Assembly (NCBI GenBank): GCA_041671565.1
Contig: JBAZBH010000001.1
Coordinates: 71,552-135,551, forward strand
Length of the DNA: 64,000 nt
Source of the DNA: Patescibacteria group bacterium
GTDB lineage: Bacteria > Patescibacteriota > Patescibacteriia > JACRDY01
Direction of reading: 5' to 3'
The position numbers and the translations under genes are program-made. Positions 1-11,778 of this stretch are shown piece after piece. The stretch's first letter is position 1. Each line of letters starts with the position of its first letter. Below the pieces are notes generated by a model, which ran no database searches, had not been told where the DNA came from, and saw only the letters and a program-made list of their open reading frames with translations.

Positions 1-211
1 TTACCTGCCGCATGTTATGCAAGCGGTAAGAAATATCGATTTGTTTCAAAAGATAATCGCCGTTGCCTTCATCCAGGTCTTTAGCCGCGCCGGCGACAGC
101 CACGATGTCACAGTCGCCCATTAAACCCTCTTTTTCCAACCAACCACGAATCGCCGGCTGAAGACGGAAATCAATGCAATGGAGGACTAGGGAGGAACAA
201 TGATGTGACAT
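1..211 (-). CDS. Putative beta-class carbonic anhydrase-like protein (partial, runs off window)
   Basis: Manual translation from ATG at 211: MSHHCSSLVLHCIDFRLQPAIRGWL...DIVAVAGAAK; CxDxR motif. Confidence 0.6.
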   Translation of the reverse strand, partial: MSHHCSSLVLHCIDFRLQPAIRGWLEKEGLMGDCDIVAVAGAAKDLDEGNGDYLLKQIDISYRLHNMRQV

Positions 212-244
212 AAACTTAAAAAAAATAATTATAATGATAGTATA

Positions 245-444
245 GCTCAAAACTCAAAGCTCAAAAGTCCCCAGCATACGCGGGGCAGGCAAAACCACAA
301 GTCAAAAGGCAAAACTACAGTTCTTAACCTCTTATTCAAGAGATTTACTTATCCTCTTCTAATACCTTTAGTATCAAGTACCAAGAAGATTAAGTTTTTA
401 GCTTTGAGCTGTGGTTTTGACTTTTGAGCTTTGAGTTTTGAGTT
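245..444. repeat. Intergenic inverted-repeat element with TCAAAAC-type heptamer arms
   Basis: Left arm about 245-316 complements right arm about 393-444. Confidence 0.8.
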
Positions 445-451
445 AAATAAT

Positions 452-880
452 CTACTGATGAGGTAAATCTCGATACTTTTTCTTTCTTACTACTTTCAGC
501 CGCGCCAATTCTTTTTCAATCTTCGCGGACAGACCGACAAATTCTTCGGTGTCAAACCGTTTTTCCGCCAGCAGTTTTTTGGCCCTTTCACGACCGGCTT
601 CGGCCCGGGCTTCGTCAATCTCTTCGGCGTGCTCAGCCGAGTCGGCAAGAATGGTCACTTTTTCCGGTCCCACCTCCACAAAACCGCCGGAAACCGCAAT
701 CGAAGTTTCTTTCCCGTCACTCACTATTTTTAATTCCCCCGGCAACAACGCCGACACTAGTGGCAGATGATGCGGCAAAACCGTAATCTCGCCCATTTTG
801 GTGGGAATACTTATCTGGTCCACCTCGGCGTCATAAACCGTCCGCTCCGGCGTGGTAATAATAAACTTTATCTTTGGCAT
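452..880 (-). CDS. atpC: ATP synthase F1 epsilon subunit
   Basis: IITTPER..GEITVLPHHLPLVSAL..VSGGFVEV..ILADSAE; last gene of atp operon. Confidence 0.96.
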   Translation of the reverse strand: MPKIKFIITTPERTVYDAEVDQISIPTKMGEITVLPHHLPLVSALLPGELKIVSDGKETSIAVSGGFVEVGPEKVTILADSAEHAEEIDEARAEAGRERAKKLLAEKRFDTEEFVGLSAKIEKELARLKVVRKKKYRDLPHQ

Positions 881-885
881 AATTA

Positions 886-959
886 ACTCTTAGCTCTTAG
901 CCGATAGCTCATAGCGGTTAGGTCTTTCCTATCGGCTAAGAGCTATCGGCTATCGGCTG
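886..959. repeat. GCTATCG-family element (copies at 6048-6121, 6626-6695)
   Basis: Near-identical dispersed copies with cgatagc/gctatcg arms. Confidence 0.85.
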
Positions 960-2333
<1,374 letters not shown>

Positions 2334-2518
2334 TTAGAATTATAATGAATTAAGCCCGCTCGTCTTCGCGAGCGGGTCCGCTCAAGCCCGAAGGGCTATG
2401 AGCGGAAATCAAGAATTAGGAATCAAGCTGACTTGACTGCCACTTCTTGCGCCTTAAACATTTGACTTTTCAAAGCTAACGGTGTTAAATAAGGACAAAC
2501 ATCCAACTGGAGGAAACC

Positions 2519-2854
2519 ATGCGCTTCAACCTTCAACAAACACTTCTCGTGGTTCTAGCGGTTTGCTATTTTACAATGCTCAGCACGACATTAATGGGTT
2601 ACTTCATGAAAGTCCAGTTACTCGAGGTGCCCAAATTTTGGCGCACTCGCCTCCAAACCGGCAAACCAGCGGAAAAAGCCGTCATCCTGGGCTTATCGCC
2701 AGTCTTGTTCCTCCTCGCTGCCTTGGCGGCTTGTTGCCCATTCATTCTCTTCTTAGGCGAAATCGCGTTCAAGGCCGTCGGAACCGGTTTTGCCTGGCTC
2801 TTTGAGAAAACCCAAGAAAAATTTTCCCCCTTCCTCGCGCAATTTACCGCCTGA
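2519..2854 (+). CDS. Hypothetical membrane protein inserted antisense within the atp operon
   Basis: GGAGG SD upstream of ATG, hydrophobic segments, downstream hairpin plus T-run. Confidence 0.6.
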   Translation: MRFNLQQTLLVVLAVCYFTMLSTTLMGYFMKVQLLEVPKFWRTRLQTGKPAEKAVILGLSPVLFLLAALAACCPFILFLGEIAFKAVGTGFAWLFEKTQEKFSPFLAQFTA

Positions 2855-2880
2855 AAACCACCATTTACTCTCACCTTCAC

Positions 2881-2910
2881 GCCGCTCCACTCAGAGCGGT
2901 TTTTTCTTTT
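2881..2910 (+). terminator. Rho-independent terminator of the plus-strand orphan
   Basis: gccgctc-cactca-gagcggt followed by a T-run. Confidence 0.6.
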
Positions 2911-2959
2911 GAAAGATCAAACAACCGGCAATTCTTAATTATTAATTTTTAATTCTTAA

Positions 2960-3880
2960 TTATTCTAGCGCCGCCTTACCGCTGGCAATCTCCGCAATCT
3001 CGGTGGTAATCGCCGCCTGCCGGGTTTGGTTATAGCTCAGCGTCAGATCGTCAATCATGTCGCTGGCCGCATCACTGGCGTTCCGCATCGCCGCCATCCG
3101 GGCGCTATGCTCAGCCGCGTTGCTTTCCAGCATCGCCTGATAAATCTGCACCTCAATCAGTCGTGGCAAAAGCTCATTCAATATCGTCTTAGCATTCGGC
3201 TCAAACAAATACTCCGTCCCCGTCTCCTGGTTTTTATGTTTTAATGTTTTCATGTTTTCATGGTTTGCCACCTGCCCCAACATTTCATCCGCCACCGACT
3301 CCAACGGCAACAACTGCTTTACCCGCGGGATTTGCCGTAAAACCGAAATAAAATCAGTGTAAACAATCACTATCCGATCATATTTTTCGGCCAAATAATC
3401 GCTTGTCACCATTTTGGACAGGAATCGAATGTCAGCCACTTCATTTAAAATATCAGCTTTCGGAAAATCAGCGACCACGGTATAGCCGAGTTTAAGGAGC
3501 GTTCTCGCGCCTTTACTGCCGAGCGACAAACAATCCACTGCCACTCCCCCGCTAGACTTCAACTTCTTAATATAATCAACTGCCAATTTTATCGCCTGCT
3601 GGTTAAATGACCCGCACAAACCGCGATTGGAAGTGACCAAAATCACGGCCACGCGCTTGATCTTTTCTCTCGGCAAAAGGAGCGGGTGCAATTTAACCTT
3701 GGTTTTCTTCGCGACATCCAAAATCATTTCCCAAGCCAAGGTGGAATACGGCCGGGTCGCCAAAACACCGTTCACCGCGCGGCGCATTTTGGAAGATGCC
3801 ACCATTTCCATCGCCTTGGTGATTTTTTTGGTATTATGGATTGATTTGATCCGTCGCCGGATATCGCGAGTGCTGGGCAT
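2960..3880 (-). CDS. atpG: ATP synthase F1 gamma subunit
   Basis: KITKAMEMVA, RGLCGSFN, RQAAITTEIAEI. Confidence 0.98.
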   Translation of the reverse strand: MPSTRDIRRRIKSIHNTKKITKAMEMVASSKMRRAVNGVLATRPYSTLAWEMILDVAKKTKVKLHPLLLPREKIKRVAVILVTSNRGLCGSFNQQAIKLAVDYIKKLKSSGGVAVDCLSLGSKGARTLLKLGYTVVADFPKADILNEVADIRFLSKMVTSDYLAEKYDRIVIVYTDFISVLRQIPRVKQLLPLESVADEMLGQVANHENMKTLKHKNQETGTEYLFEPNAKTILNELLPRLIEVQIYQAMLESNAAEHSARMAAMRNASDAASDMIDDLTLSYNQTRQAAITTEIAEIASGKAALE

Positions 3881-3927
3881 AGGTAGGTTGTTAGGTCGAT
3901 AGGTCGTTAAGTTGTTAGGTTACAAAA

Positions 3928-5448
3928 TTATTTAATTAAATAATCTAAAGTGGCGCGGTAGTCTTCAATGGCTTGCTTGAGACCGGCGGCGATTTCGTCG
4001 GTTAGTTCTTTTTTAGCAACAATTTCGGTCAGGATTTTCTTGCCGCTGGTTGCTAAGTACTTGTGCAAACCGGCTTCAAACTCGGCCACCTTCTCCAGCG
4101 GCACATCGTCCAAATAGCCGTTAATGCCGGCGTAAATGATCGCCACCTGATTTTCCACCGCCAGCGGCTCGTATTGGCCCTGTTTTAACACTTCCTGCAT
4201 GCGCTGGCCGCGGTTTAGCTGCTTTCTTGTGCTTTCATCCAAATCCGAGCCAAACTGGGCAAAAGCGGCCAATTCGCGATATTGCGCCATATCCAGTTTT
4301 AGTTTGCCCGCCACCTTTTTCATGGCTTTAATCTGGGCAGCTGAACCGACGCGTGAAACCGACAAACCGGTGTTCAAGGCCGGCCGGATGCCTTGGTAAA
4401 ACAAATCGCTTTCCAAATAAATCTGGCCGTCGGTAATGGAAATGACATTGGTCGGAATATAAGCGGAGACATCGCCGGCTTGGGTTTCAATAATCGGCAA
4501 AGCGGTCAAACTGCCGCCGCCGTAATTTTTGTTCAATTTCGCGGCGCGCTCCAAAAGCCGTGAATGGAGATAAAAAACATCGCCCGGATAAGCCTCACGA
4601 CCCGGCGGCCGGCGGAGAAGAAGTGAAATCTGGCGATAAGCCACCGCGTGCTTGGAAAGGTCGTCATAAACCACCAGCGCGTCTTTGCCCTGATCCATAA
4701 AATATTCACCCATGGCACAACCGGCGTAAGGCGCGATAAACGACAACGCCGCCGGATCCGACGCGCCAGCGAGGACCACAATAGTGTATTCCAGAGCGCC
4801 GCGCTTTTCCAATTCGGCGACAATCCGCGCTACTTTCGACTCTTTCTGACTAATCGCCACATATATACAAACCATGTCCTGGCCCTTTTGATTAATAATG
4901 GCGTCAATCGCCACCGCGGTCTTGCCGGTCTGGCGGTCGCCGATAATCAGTTCTCGTTGGCCGCGGCCGATTGGAATCATGCTGTCAATCGCCTTAATGC
5001 CGGTCTGCACCGGCTGAGTAACGGCTTGGCGGGTAATGACGCGCGGCGCGATTTTTTCCACCGGATAAAAAGCGGCGGCCTTAATCTCGCCTTTGCCGTC
5101 GAGCGGCCGGCCCAATGGATCCACCACGCGGCCAACCATGCCCGGACCGACCGGCACTTCCAAAATCCGGCCCGTGGTTTTGACTGTATCGCCTTCTTTG
5201 ATTTCCAAATAATCACCAAGGACAATGGCGCCGACACTGTCTTCTTCCAAGTTCAATGCCAGACCAAAAATGTTATTGGGAAATTCCAACATTTCGCCGG
5301 ACATACAGTCGGCTAGGCCGGAAATGCGGGCGATACCATCGCCAATTTCCACCACCGTGCCGGTTTTTTCCACTTTGGCGCCGGCCTGAAAATCGGCAAT
5401 CTGTTGTTTAAGAGTTTCGATGATGTAATCTTTGGTTGAGGTTGACAT
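3928..5448 (-). CDS. atpA: ATP synthase F1 alpha subunit
   Basis: [30 protein letters not shown]. Confidence 0.99.
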   Translation of the reverse strand: MSTSTKDYIIETLKQQIADFQAGAKVEKTGTVVEIGDGIARISGLADCMSGEMLEFPNNIFGLALNLEEDSVGAIVLGDYLEIKEGDTVKTTGRILEVPVGPGMVGRVVDPLGRPLDGKGEIKAAAFYPVEKIAPRVITRQAVTQPVQTGIKAIDSMIPIGRGQRELIIGDRQTGKTAVAIDAIINQKGQDMVCIYVAISQKESKVARIVAELEKRGALEYTIVVLAGASDPAALSFIAPYAGCAMGEYFMDQGKDALVVYDDLSKHAVAYRQISLLLRRPPGREAYPGDVFYLHSRLLERAAKLNKNYGGGSLTALPIIETQAGDVSAYIPTNVISITDGQIYLESDLFYQGIRPALNTGLSVSRVGSAAQIKAMKKVAGKLKLDMAQYRELAAFAQFGSDLDESTRKQLNRGQRMQEVLKQGQYEPLAVENQVAIIYAGINGYLDDVPLEKVAEFEAGLHKYLATSGKKILTEIVAKKELTDEIAAGLKQAIEDYRATLDYLIK

Positions 5449-5636
5449 ATTATTTTTATATTTAGATTATATAATTTATAGATTAAGACGCTAGTAAAAC
5501 TTAATTAAAAATCCAAAGTTCAAAGTGCAAAGTTCAAATCAAGTTCAAAGGCCAAAACTCTGGCACCTTTTGATCTTTGGACTTGATTTGAACTTTGAAC
5601 TTAGGGTTTTGAACTTTAAACTGCGTTAAAACGGCT

Positions 5637-6041
5637 TTACTCTATCAATCGCTGTTTCAGAAGCTCTAATCTAGTCTTCAAACTCGCATCCAAAACCTCG
5701 TCCCCGATTTTGACCACCAGCCCGCCAATCAGCGTCGAGTCTTCAATCGCGGTTAAATCAACTTCCTTAACTTTATGAATTTTCTTGATTTTATCGGCCA
5801 ATTCTTTTAACTCCGCGCCGGTCAGCTTTCTCGCCGAAATCACTGCCGCCGCCAAAATGCCGTTCTGTAAGTCACTATAACGGTTAAATTCAAAGATTAT
5901 CTTCGGCGCCAAGCGCAGGCCCTTGTTTTTTGCCAGTACCTTAACAAAGTTAGCGATATTCAGGCTAACCTGTTTTTTGTCCAGACCCGCCAGACTTTCG
6001 GCTAATGACCGGGCATATTTTTTCGGACTAATCTTCTTCAT
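5637..6041 (-). CDS. atpH: ATP synthase delta subunit (short form)
   Basis: KYARSL..., DSTLIGGLVVKIGDEVLDASLKTRL; operon position. Confidence 0.9.
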   Translation of the reverse strand: MKKISPKKYARSLAESLAGLDKKQVSLNIANFVKVLAKNKGLRLAPKIIFEFNRYSDLQNGILAAAVISARKLTGAELKELADKIKKIHKVKEVDLTAIEDSTLIGGLVVKIGDEVLDASLKTRLELLKQRLIE

Positions 6042-6121
6042 AAATCAGCTCGTAGCTCTTAGCCGATAGCCCATAGCAGTTAGGTTTTTCCTATCGGCTA
6101 TCCGCTATCGGCTATCGGCTG

Positions 6122-6619
6122 TTATTTTATCTCCTTCAACGCCGCCTCAATCACCTTTTTATCAACTTCCTTAGTCAGAGCTGACGCCAAAACCTTGCTG
6201 GTTACCGCTACTACCAAATCCGCCACTTCACTTTTGAGTTCAGCCGAGAGCTTAGTTTTGTCAGCCGCCAGTTGTTCTTTGCCTTTCTGAACGATTTTTT
6301 CCACTTCCACTTTCGCTTTCTGCGCCGTTTCCTGTTTATTAACTTCCGCTTCTTGGCGCGCCTGCTCTAGAAAAGCCGCGGCTTCGGTCTTAGTGGCTTT
6401 AAGTATTGCCGCTCGTTCGCTGTCGGTCGCGGTCATCTTTTCTTCAATCGCCTTAGCGTCTTGCAGGCTTTTATCGATTTTTGCGGTCCGTTCATTCATG
6501 ATCTTCTGGAGCGGCTTCAACGCAAACTGCCACAAAACTCCCAAAACAATCAGAAAATTAACGATTTGGGCAATAATCAGTTTAAGGTCGAGGTGGAAGG
6601 TTTCGATCAGGGCGTCCAT
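6122..6619 (-). CDS. atpF: ATP synthase F0 b subunit
   Basis: AQIVNFLIVLGVLW..KPLQKIMNER then coiled coil; start moved to ATG 6619 because the upstream extension is repeat DNA. Confidence 0.93.
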   Translation of the reverse strand: MDALIETFHLDLKLIIAQIVNFLIVLGVLWQFALKPLQKIMNERTAKIDKSLQDAKAIEEKMTATDSERAAILKATKTEAAAFLEQARQEAEVNKQETAQKAKVEVEKIVQKGKEQLAADKTKLSAELKSEVADLVVAVTSKVLASALTKEVDKKVIEAALKEIK

Positions 6620-6762
6620 ATATTCAGCGGATAGCCGATAGCGCATAGCGGATAGCGATCCGTTCCTAACGGCTATCGGCTATCTGCTATCGGCTAATTT
6701 AATTTTTAACCTCGAAGGACTAACCCGGGTTTAACCGCCGTTAATCCTCCGTTCGTCAAAAA

Positions 6763-6999
<237 letters not shown>

Positions 7000-7154
7000 T
7001 TAGACTATTTATTTTTTCTTTTAAAGTCGGCTGACGATGAAAATTAATTATTATTTAGTTATATGGCTTTATGGTTCTATGGTTTTATGGTTTTATGGTT
7101 AGGTGGCGTTTATCAACCCTTAACCATAAAGCCATAAAACCATATAACCATTTT

Positions 7155-8048
7155 TTAATGTTCTTCCGCCGTGGTGGCAATCGTCAAATAAACCAAGGTT
7201 AAAATGGAAAAAATCAGCGCCTGAATCAAACCGACGATAATCTCCAAAAACATAAACGGAATCGGCAGGATAAAAGCGAATAACGCCGCCATCGAGGTCA
7301 GGAGCACTTCGCCGGCAAAAATGTTGCCGAATAACCGGAAAGAGAGCGACGCCACCTTGGCCATTTCACCGATGATTTCCACGATACCGACAAAGGCTTT
7401 AATCGGATTGACCAGTATCACCGCCGGATCTTTGACAATTTTCCCCGGAATTTCCAAGAAAGCTTTGATATTTATAAACTTATTGAGATATTTCCACCAG
7501 CCAATCATGATCACGCCGGCAATGTGCGAGCCGACTACCGCCAAAAGCGCGAGCGCGAGAGTGGTGTTAAGATCAGCCGTGCCACCGCGGAAAAACGGGA
7601 TAAAGATCGACTCCCCGCCATGAATCTCCTGAAAACCAATCGTGCCGACGCCAGGCAACATGCCTAGCCAGTTATTGACTAAAATAAACAAAAATAAGGC
7701 AAAAACAATCGGAAAAAACTTCTGCGACTTTGACCGGCTACCGGTGACTGTATCGCAAAGGTCCAGCGCGCCATCGATGATAAATTCAAAAAAGTTCTGC
7801 AGGCCGCGGGGTATTTGCCGCAGGCGGGTTCTTAAAACCAAAGCCAGGACCGCCAAAATTAGCACCACCGCCCAAGAATTAATCAGCGAATTGGTAATGG
7901 TAAATTTACCGACCGTCAAAACCGGCTCGGCAAACAAAGTCGTTTCCTGACTGCCGGTGGAAGTTTCTGTTTCCCGGCCAACCGGAGCAACGGCGTTTTG
8001 GCTGTTCAAAACTGCCGCCGCGGCTGAATTTTCCAAATTAGCGCTCAT
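7155..8048 (-). CDS. atpB: ATP synthase F0 a subunit
   Basis: TADLNTTLALA, SLSFRLFGNIFAGE, IQALIFSILTLVY; probable start ATG 8048. Confidence 0.96.
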   Translation of the reverse strand: MSANLENSAAAAVLNSQNAVAPVGRETETSTGSQETTLFAEPVLTVGKFTITNSLINSWAVVLILAVLALVLRTRLRQIPRGLQNFFEFIIDGALDLCDTVTGSRSKSQKFFPIVFALFLFILVNNWLGMLPGVGTIGFQEIHGGESIFIPFFRGGTADLNTTLALALLAVVGSHIAGVIMIGWWKYLNKFINIKAFLEIPGKIVKDPAVILVNPIKAFVGIVEIIGEMAKVASLSFRLFGNIFAGEVLLTSMAALFAFILPIPFMFLEIIVGLIQALIFSILTLVYLTIATTAEEH

Positions 8049-8328
8049 GATTTTTATCTTTTGTCTTATCAACTGGTTTAAACTCCTCCATTTGCTTGAT
8101 GGCCTTGCCGCCCTCGCGGACAATGCCGACGGTAGAGATAATAAAGGCAATAAGAACGGCGCCTAAGTAACCCCACGGTTCGAGCCCGTATTTCTGATCT
8201 AACCAATCGCCCAAAAATATCGCTAAAACAATCGGTCCGGCAATCCAACCGCTGAGCTGGAAAAAAAGAATTAATGACGGCTGCCACCAGGGTTTTTCGT
8301 CGTTTTTTTTAGGTTCAAGCTCAGTCAT
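8038..8328 (-). CDS. AtpZ/AtpI-family ATP synthase accessory membrane protein
   Basis: IAGPIVLAIFLGDWLDQKYGLEPW motif; first gene of operon. Confidence 0.8.
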   Translation of the reverse strand: MTELEPKKNDEKPWWQPSLILFFQLSGWIAGPIVLAIFLGDWLDQKYGLEPWGYLGAVLIAFIISTVGIVREGGKAIKQMEEFKPVDKTKDKNHER

Positions 8329-9108
8329 ATTTATCCACAGAGACCGACTAAAAAGCACCAATATTATATATGATTAGAGAATATCGGTCAATAAAAAATT
8401 TTGATAATTTTGCCTTAAATTTATTTGACAAAACTTTACTAAATTTGGGAAATAGCCTTATTTCCGAACCCAACCTTGCTATAAAAACCGCCTTGTGAAA
8501 TAATAAAATTACCTGCATGAGCATCGCCGAGATTGGCCGACGCACAATGCGTTCAGCCAGAAAAAGCGCCATCTCCCCGGTGGCGCTAGTCCGGTCGCTT
8601 TTCGATCATTCGCGACGCTTTTCAAACCCCAGCGATCGGCTCTCGGCTCCGTACCGGGCGACGCGGTGGACCCACACCACCGCGTCGCCGTCCTTCTTCT
8701 TCGCACACTTCACAAAAATGGCAAAGCAGACGGAGATCTGGGCCTGAAATAACTCAGGCTTTGGGTTACAAGGCGCCGTTTGCTTTGCCACTCTTCTTAT
8801 TTTATGGCAGCCACAATCAGACTCCCTAGCGAGTCCTCCCAGCGGCTGTCTTTTTTTATTTCAGCACACCTCTACCACTTAGATACTCTAACTAATCCAG
8901 CAAGGGGTCCGGGGTGTCCGCCAGTTGGCGGACCGAACTGAGCCGACCGGACTGGTGGTAGTTAACAGATGTTGCGTCAGAAGAGAAGCTGGGGCTAGAA
9001 CCAAGGAAACCGAAGCACAGGCGAGGACGAAAATAATTTAAAGGATTTATTTAGTTAATTAAAACAACGGGGCAGATGCCCCGTTACTCCGCTATATAAC
9101 TTTCTAAA

Positions 9109-9984
9109 TTAAGCGAGTCTAAACAACTCCTTGGTATTTTTGAAAGTCTCCGCCGCCACTTCTGCCAAGCTCAAACCTTTTAACTCGGCGACTTTCTCGG
9201 CCACGAACTCCACAAAAGCCGGCTCGTTGCGCGTCCCCCGATGCGGCTCAGGCGCGAGAAACGGCGCGTCGGTTTCCACCAAAATCCGGTCTAAAGGCAA
9301 CTCTTTAACAATCGCCTGCAGTTCAACCGCCTTTTTAAAAGTAACAATCCCGGTAAAACCGACGAAAAATCCCAATGCCACAAACTTTTTCGCCTGTTCC
9401 ATGTTCCCGCCAAAACAATGAATCACGCCTCTGATTCTTGATTCTTGATTCTTGATTCTTGATTCTAATATCCCCAACAAATCGTCATAAGCGCCATACG
9501 GCTCGCCCTTATTCCCCCGGCAATGCAACACCAACGGCAAGTCCAGTTCCCCGGCCAGTTTAATAAACCCGGCCAAGGTCTCCCGCTGAACTTTCTTAAT
9601 TTCTTCAGCCGGCAGTTTATTCTCGCCAAAATAGTAATAATCCAGACCCACCTCCCCGATGCCCACCACTTTCTCTGACGACAAAGCCAATTCTTTATAT
9701 TTGTTATAATCAAACTTTTCTTGCTTGGTGACAAACTTGTATTCTTCGCCGTTAAAAGTGGCCGACTCGGTGATGTCGCCGGTCAGATGAATCGGGTGCA
9801 GACCAACCACAGCATAAACGCCTTCCGGATATTTTTCCGCGATTTTGATGCTCCGCGCCGAAGTGGAAAGCTGCGAACCGATATTGATCAGCCAAATCCC
9901 TTTACTTAAAGACCGCCGGATCACTTCCTCGGCGTCGTCTTTGTAGGCGTTGAAATTGATGTGGCAGTGAGAGTCAAACAACAT
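9109..9984 (-). CDS. tatD: TatD family deoxyribonuclease
   Basis: DSHCH, GLHP, IGEVGLDY, HCR, HCF, ETDAPFLAP. Confidence 0.95.
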   Translation of the reverse strand: MLFDSHCHINFNAYKDDAEEVIRRSLSKGIWLINIGSQLSTSARSIKIAEKYPEGVYAVVGLHPIHLTGDITESATFNGEEYKFVTKQEKFDYNKYKELALSSEKVVGIGEVGLDYYYFGENKLPAEEIKKVQRETLAGFIKLAGELDLPLVLHCRGNKGEPYGAYDDLLGILESRIKNQESRIRGVIHCFGGNMEQAKKFVALGFFVGFTGIVTFKKAVELQAIVKELPLDRILVETDAPFLAPEPHRGTRNEPAFVEFVAEKVAELKGLSLAEVAAETFKNTKELFRLA

Positions 9985-10058
9985 ACACAGATTGGCACAG
10001 ATTAACACAGATACTCACAGATCCGTGCTAATCTGTGTTAATCTGTGTAAATCTGTGC
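9985..10058. repeat. CACAGAT decamer-family element (copies at 11712-11777, 39213-39287)
   Basis: cacagat arms inverted to atctgtg arms. Confidence 0.85.
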
Positions 10059-10060
10059 CG

Positions 10061-11710
10061 TTAATATATCTCCTTACGGTAGCACTCCTCACAATAAACC
10101 TTCTCCGGCCGATCTGGCGCGTAGGTGGTTTTAAACTCGTTAGCGCAACCTTCTTTCATGCATTGGCGATGGTATAGCGTTTTATTCTTATGGGTTTTTA
10201 GCCGCCGCAACATTCGGCAATCCGGGCAACAATCGGGCAAAGGAATATTTTGCTGTTGATAAAATCTGAATTCCGGTTTAATAATTTTATAATTGCGGCT
10301 GCACTCGGCGCAAGCCAAAATCTCTTGGCAAATTTTTTCGTCCAAACCGGCAACCTCATCAGGAATAGTTTTGATCGTTTCTTTTCCCTTAGTTCGGCCG
10401 ATTTCTTCCTGCCATTTGATGCCTTGCTTTAACACTTCCTCTTTGGTCAAGGCAAAATTTTCCAGCGAAGCGCGAGTTTCGTTCAACCCAAACGGCGCCA
10501 AGGCATAAGGGAAAAACTCACCCCACTCGCCCGCCGCTTTCATGGCAGTAATAATTTTGGATTTTAACTGATTATAATCGGCTTCGGCATATTTTTTATT
10601 TAATAGGCAAAAGGTTTGATTTTTTAAGCCAACTGAGCCAAAAATTTCCTTGGAACTAAAAATGCTGTCGCTATACCAAATGTGGCTGCTTTCCCAGACG
10701 ATCGAACAAAAAAAGGTGCCATAAGAGCCGCGGCCGGTAGAAGCGCACTGATAGGCTAATTGCGAAGGCGTGCCGCCATAACCGGTGCAATCATTGGCAT
10801 CTTTCATGTTAGAGCCGTTAATAACAAACCCGCAATCTTCGGCGTCCCAAATATCATAAACCTCATGGCAATTTTTGGTATAACGGACAAAATCACCGGT
10901 CGTTTTAACGGTTTTTAAATTATGGCTATAGGGGAAAATCGCTTCAGCTTTAACTGTCTGGTATTTCTGGCGCAGCTTAACTATTGCCGTTCGGCTGGCA
11001 AGTTGTTTTTTAAACTCCAGAATCTCGGCTTCGGTCGCTTGCCGGTTCCAAAGATAGTTAGTTTGATTGCGCAGATTAGTACAACCAAAACAATTGTGAC
11101 AACCAACACAGTCATAACAAAAATGGCAGTCGGCCGAGTCGCGAGAATATTCTAAATAAGAGCAATTATAACAATTTTCAATGTCAGTGCACTCATAGCA
11201 TAATTCGCTTTTATAACAAAAGGCGGCGTCCAGGCAATCGCGGGAATTATAAACCGACCAGCCATATAAACAATCTTCGCAATCGGTGGAGCCGGAAAAT
11301 TGCAAATAACAATTTTTATTCCGTGAAGTGTGGTGGGTATATTCGCTATTGATGGAATTAGTATTATTAATAGCGAGCCGCGGCACGGCCAAAAGGAGCT
11401 CGCCAAATTGCTCAAAAAATCCCCTTTGGAAATCATAATCGCGGCCAAAATCCAGTCCGTCCCACTTATCGCTAAACCAACATTCGTGGCAATAAACTTT
11501 ATAAGGTTTGTCCGGCGAATAAACCGAGACGATATTTTGTTGGCATAAATCGCATTTCCGCTGATACAAAATATATTCATTGCGCCAAACCGCCCGCTGG
11601 CGCGCTCGGCACGGCGGGCATTCCGTTGGCTCGGGCACGCCAATCCGGCCGTAAAACGCGCGGTCCTCGGGGTAAATGGTGAAGATGGATTGGCAGTTTT
11701 TACATTGCAT
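10061..11710 (-). CDS. Cys-rich zinc-ribbon/repeat protein, paralog 1 of 4
   Basis: N-terminal CxxC..CPxCR, central CxxCxxCFGC repeats, C-terminal VYCEECYRKEIY. Confidence 0.85.
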   Translation of the reverse strand: MQCKNCQSIFTIYPEDRAFYGRIGVPEPTECPPCRARQRAVWRNEYILYQRKCDLCQQNIVSVYSPDKPYKVYCHECWFSDKWDGLDFGRDYDFQRGFFEQFGELLLAVPRLAINNTNSINSEYTHHTSRNKNCYLQFSGSTDCEDCLYGWSVYNSRDCLDAAFCYKSELCYECTDIENCYNCSYLEYSRDSADCHFCYDCVGCHNCFGCTNLRNQTNYLWNRQATEAEILEFKKQLASRTAIVKLRQKYQTVKAEAIFPYSHNLKTVKTTGDFVRYTKNCHEVYDIWDAEDCGFVINGSNMKDANDCTGYGGTPSQLAYQCASTGRGSYGTFFCSIVWESSHIWYSDSIFSSKEIFGSVGLKNQTFCLLNKKYAEADYNQLKSKIITAMKAAGEWGEFFPYALAPFGLNETRASLENFALTKEEVLKQGIKWQEEIGRTKGKETIKTIPDEVAGLDEKICQEILACAECSRNYKIIKPEFRFYQQQNIPLPDCCPDCRMLRRLKTHKNKTLYHRQCMKEGCANEFKTTYAPDRPEKVYCEECYRKEIY

Positions 11711-11778
11711 AAGCACAGATACTCACAGATTAACACAGATAGTCACAGATCTGTGCTAATCTGTGTTAATCTGTGTCG

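Noticed and set aside
8348-9030. Short overlapping ORFs or an ncRNA upstream of the atp operon
   Set aside because: Several conflicting frames, no motif or clear SD, and no RNA family I can recognise; 8517-8747 (+) remains possible but unsupported.
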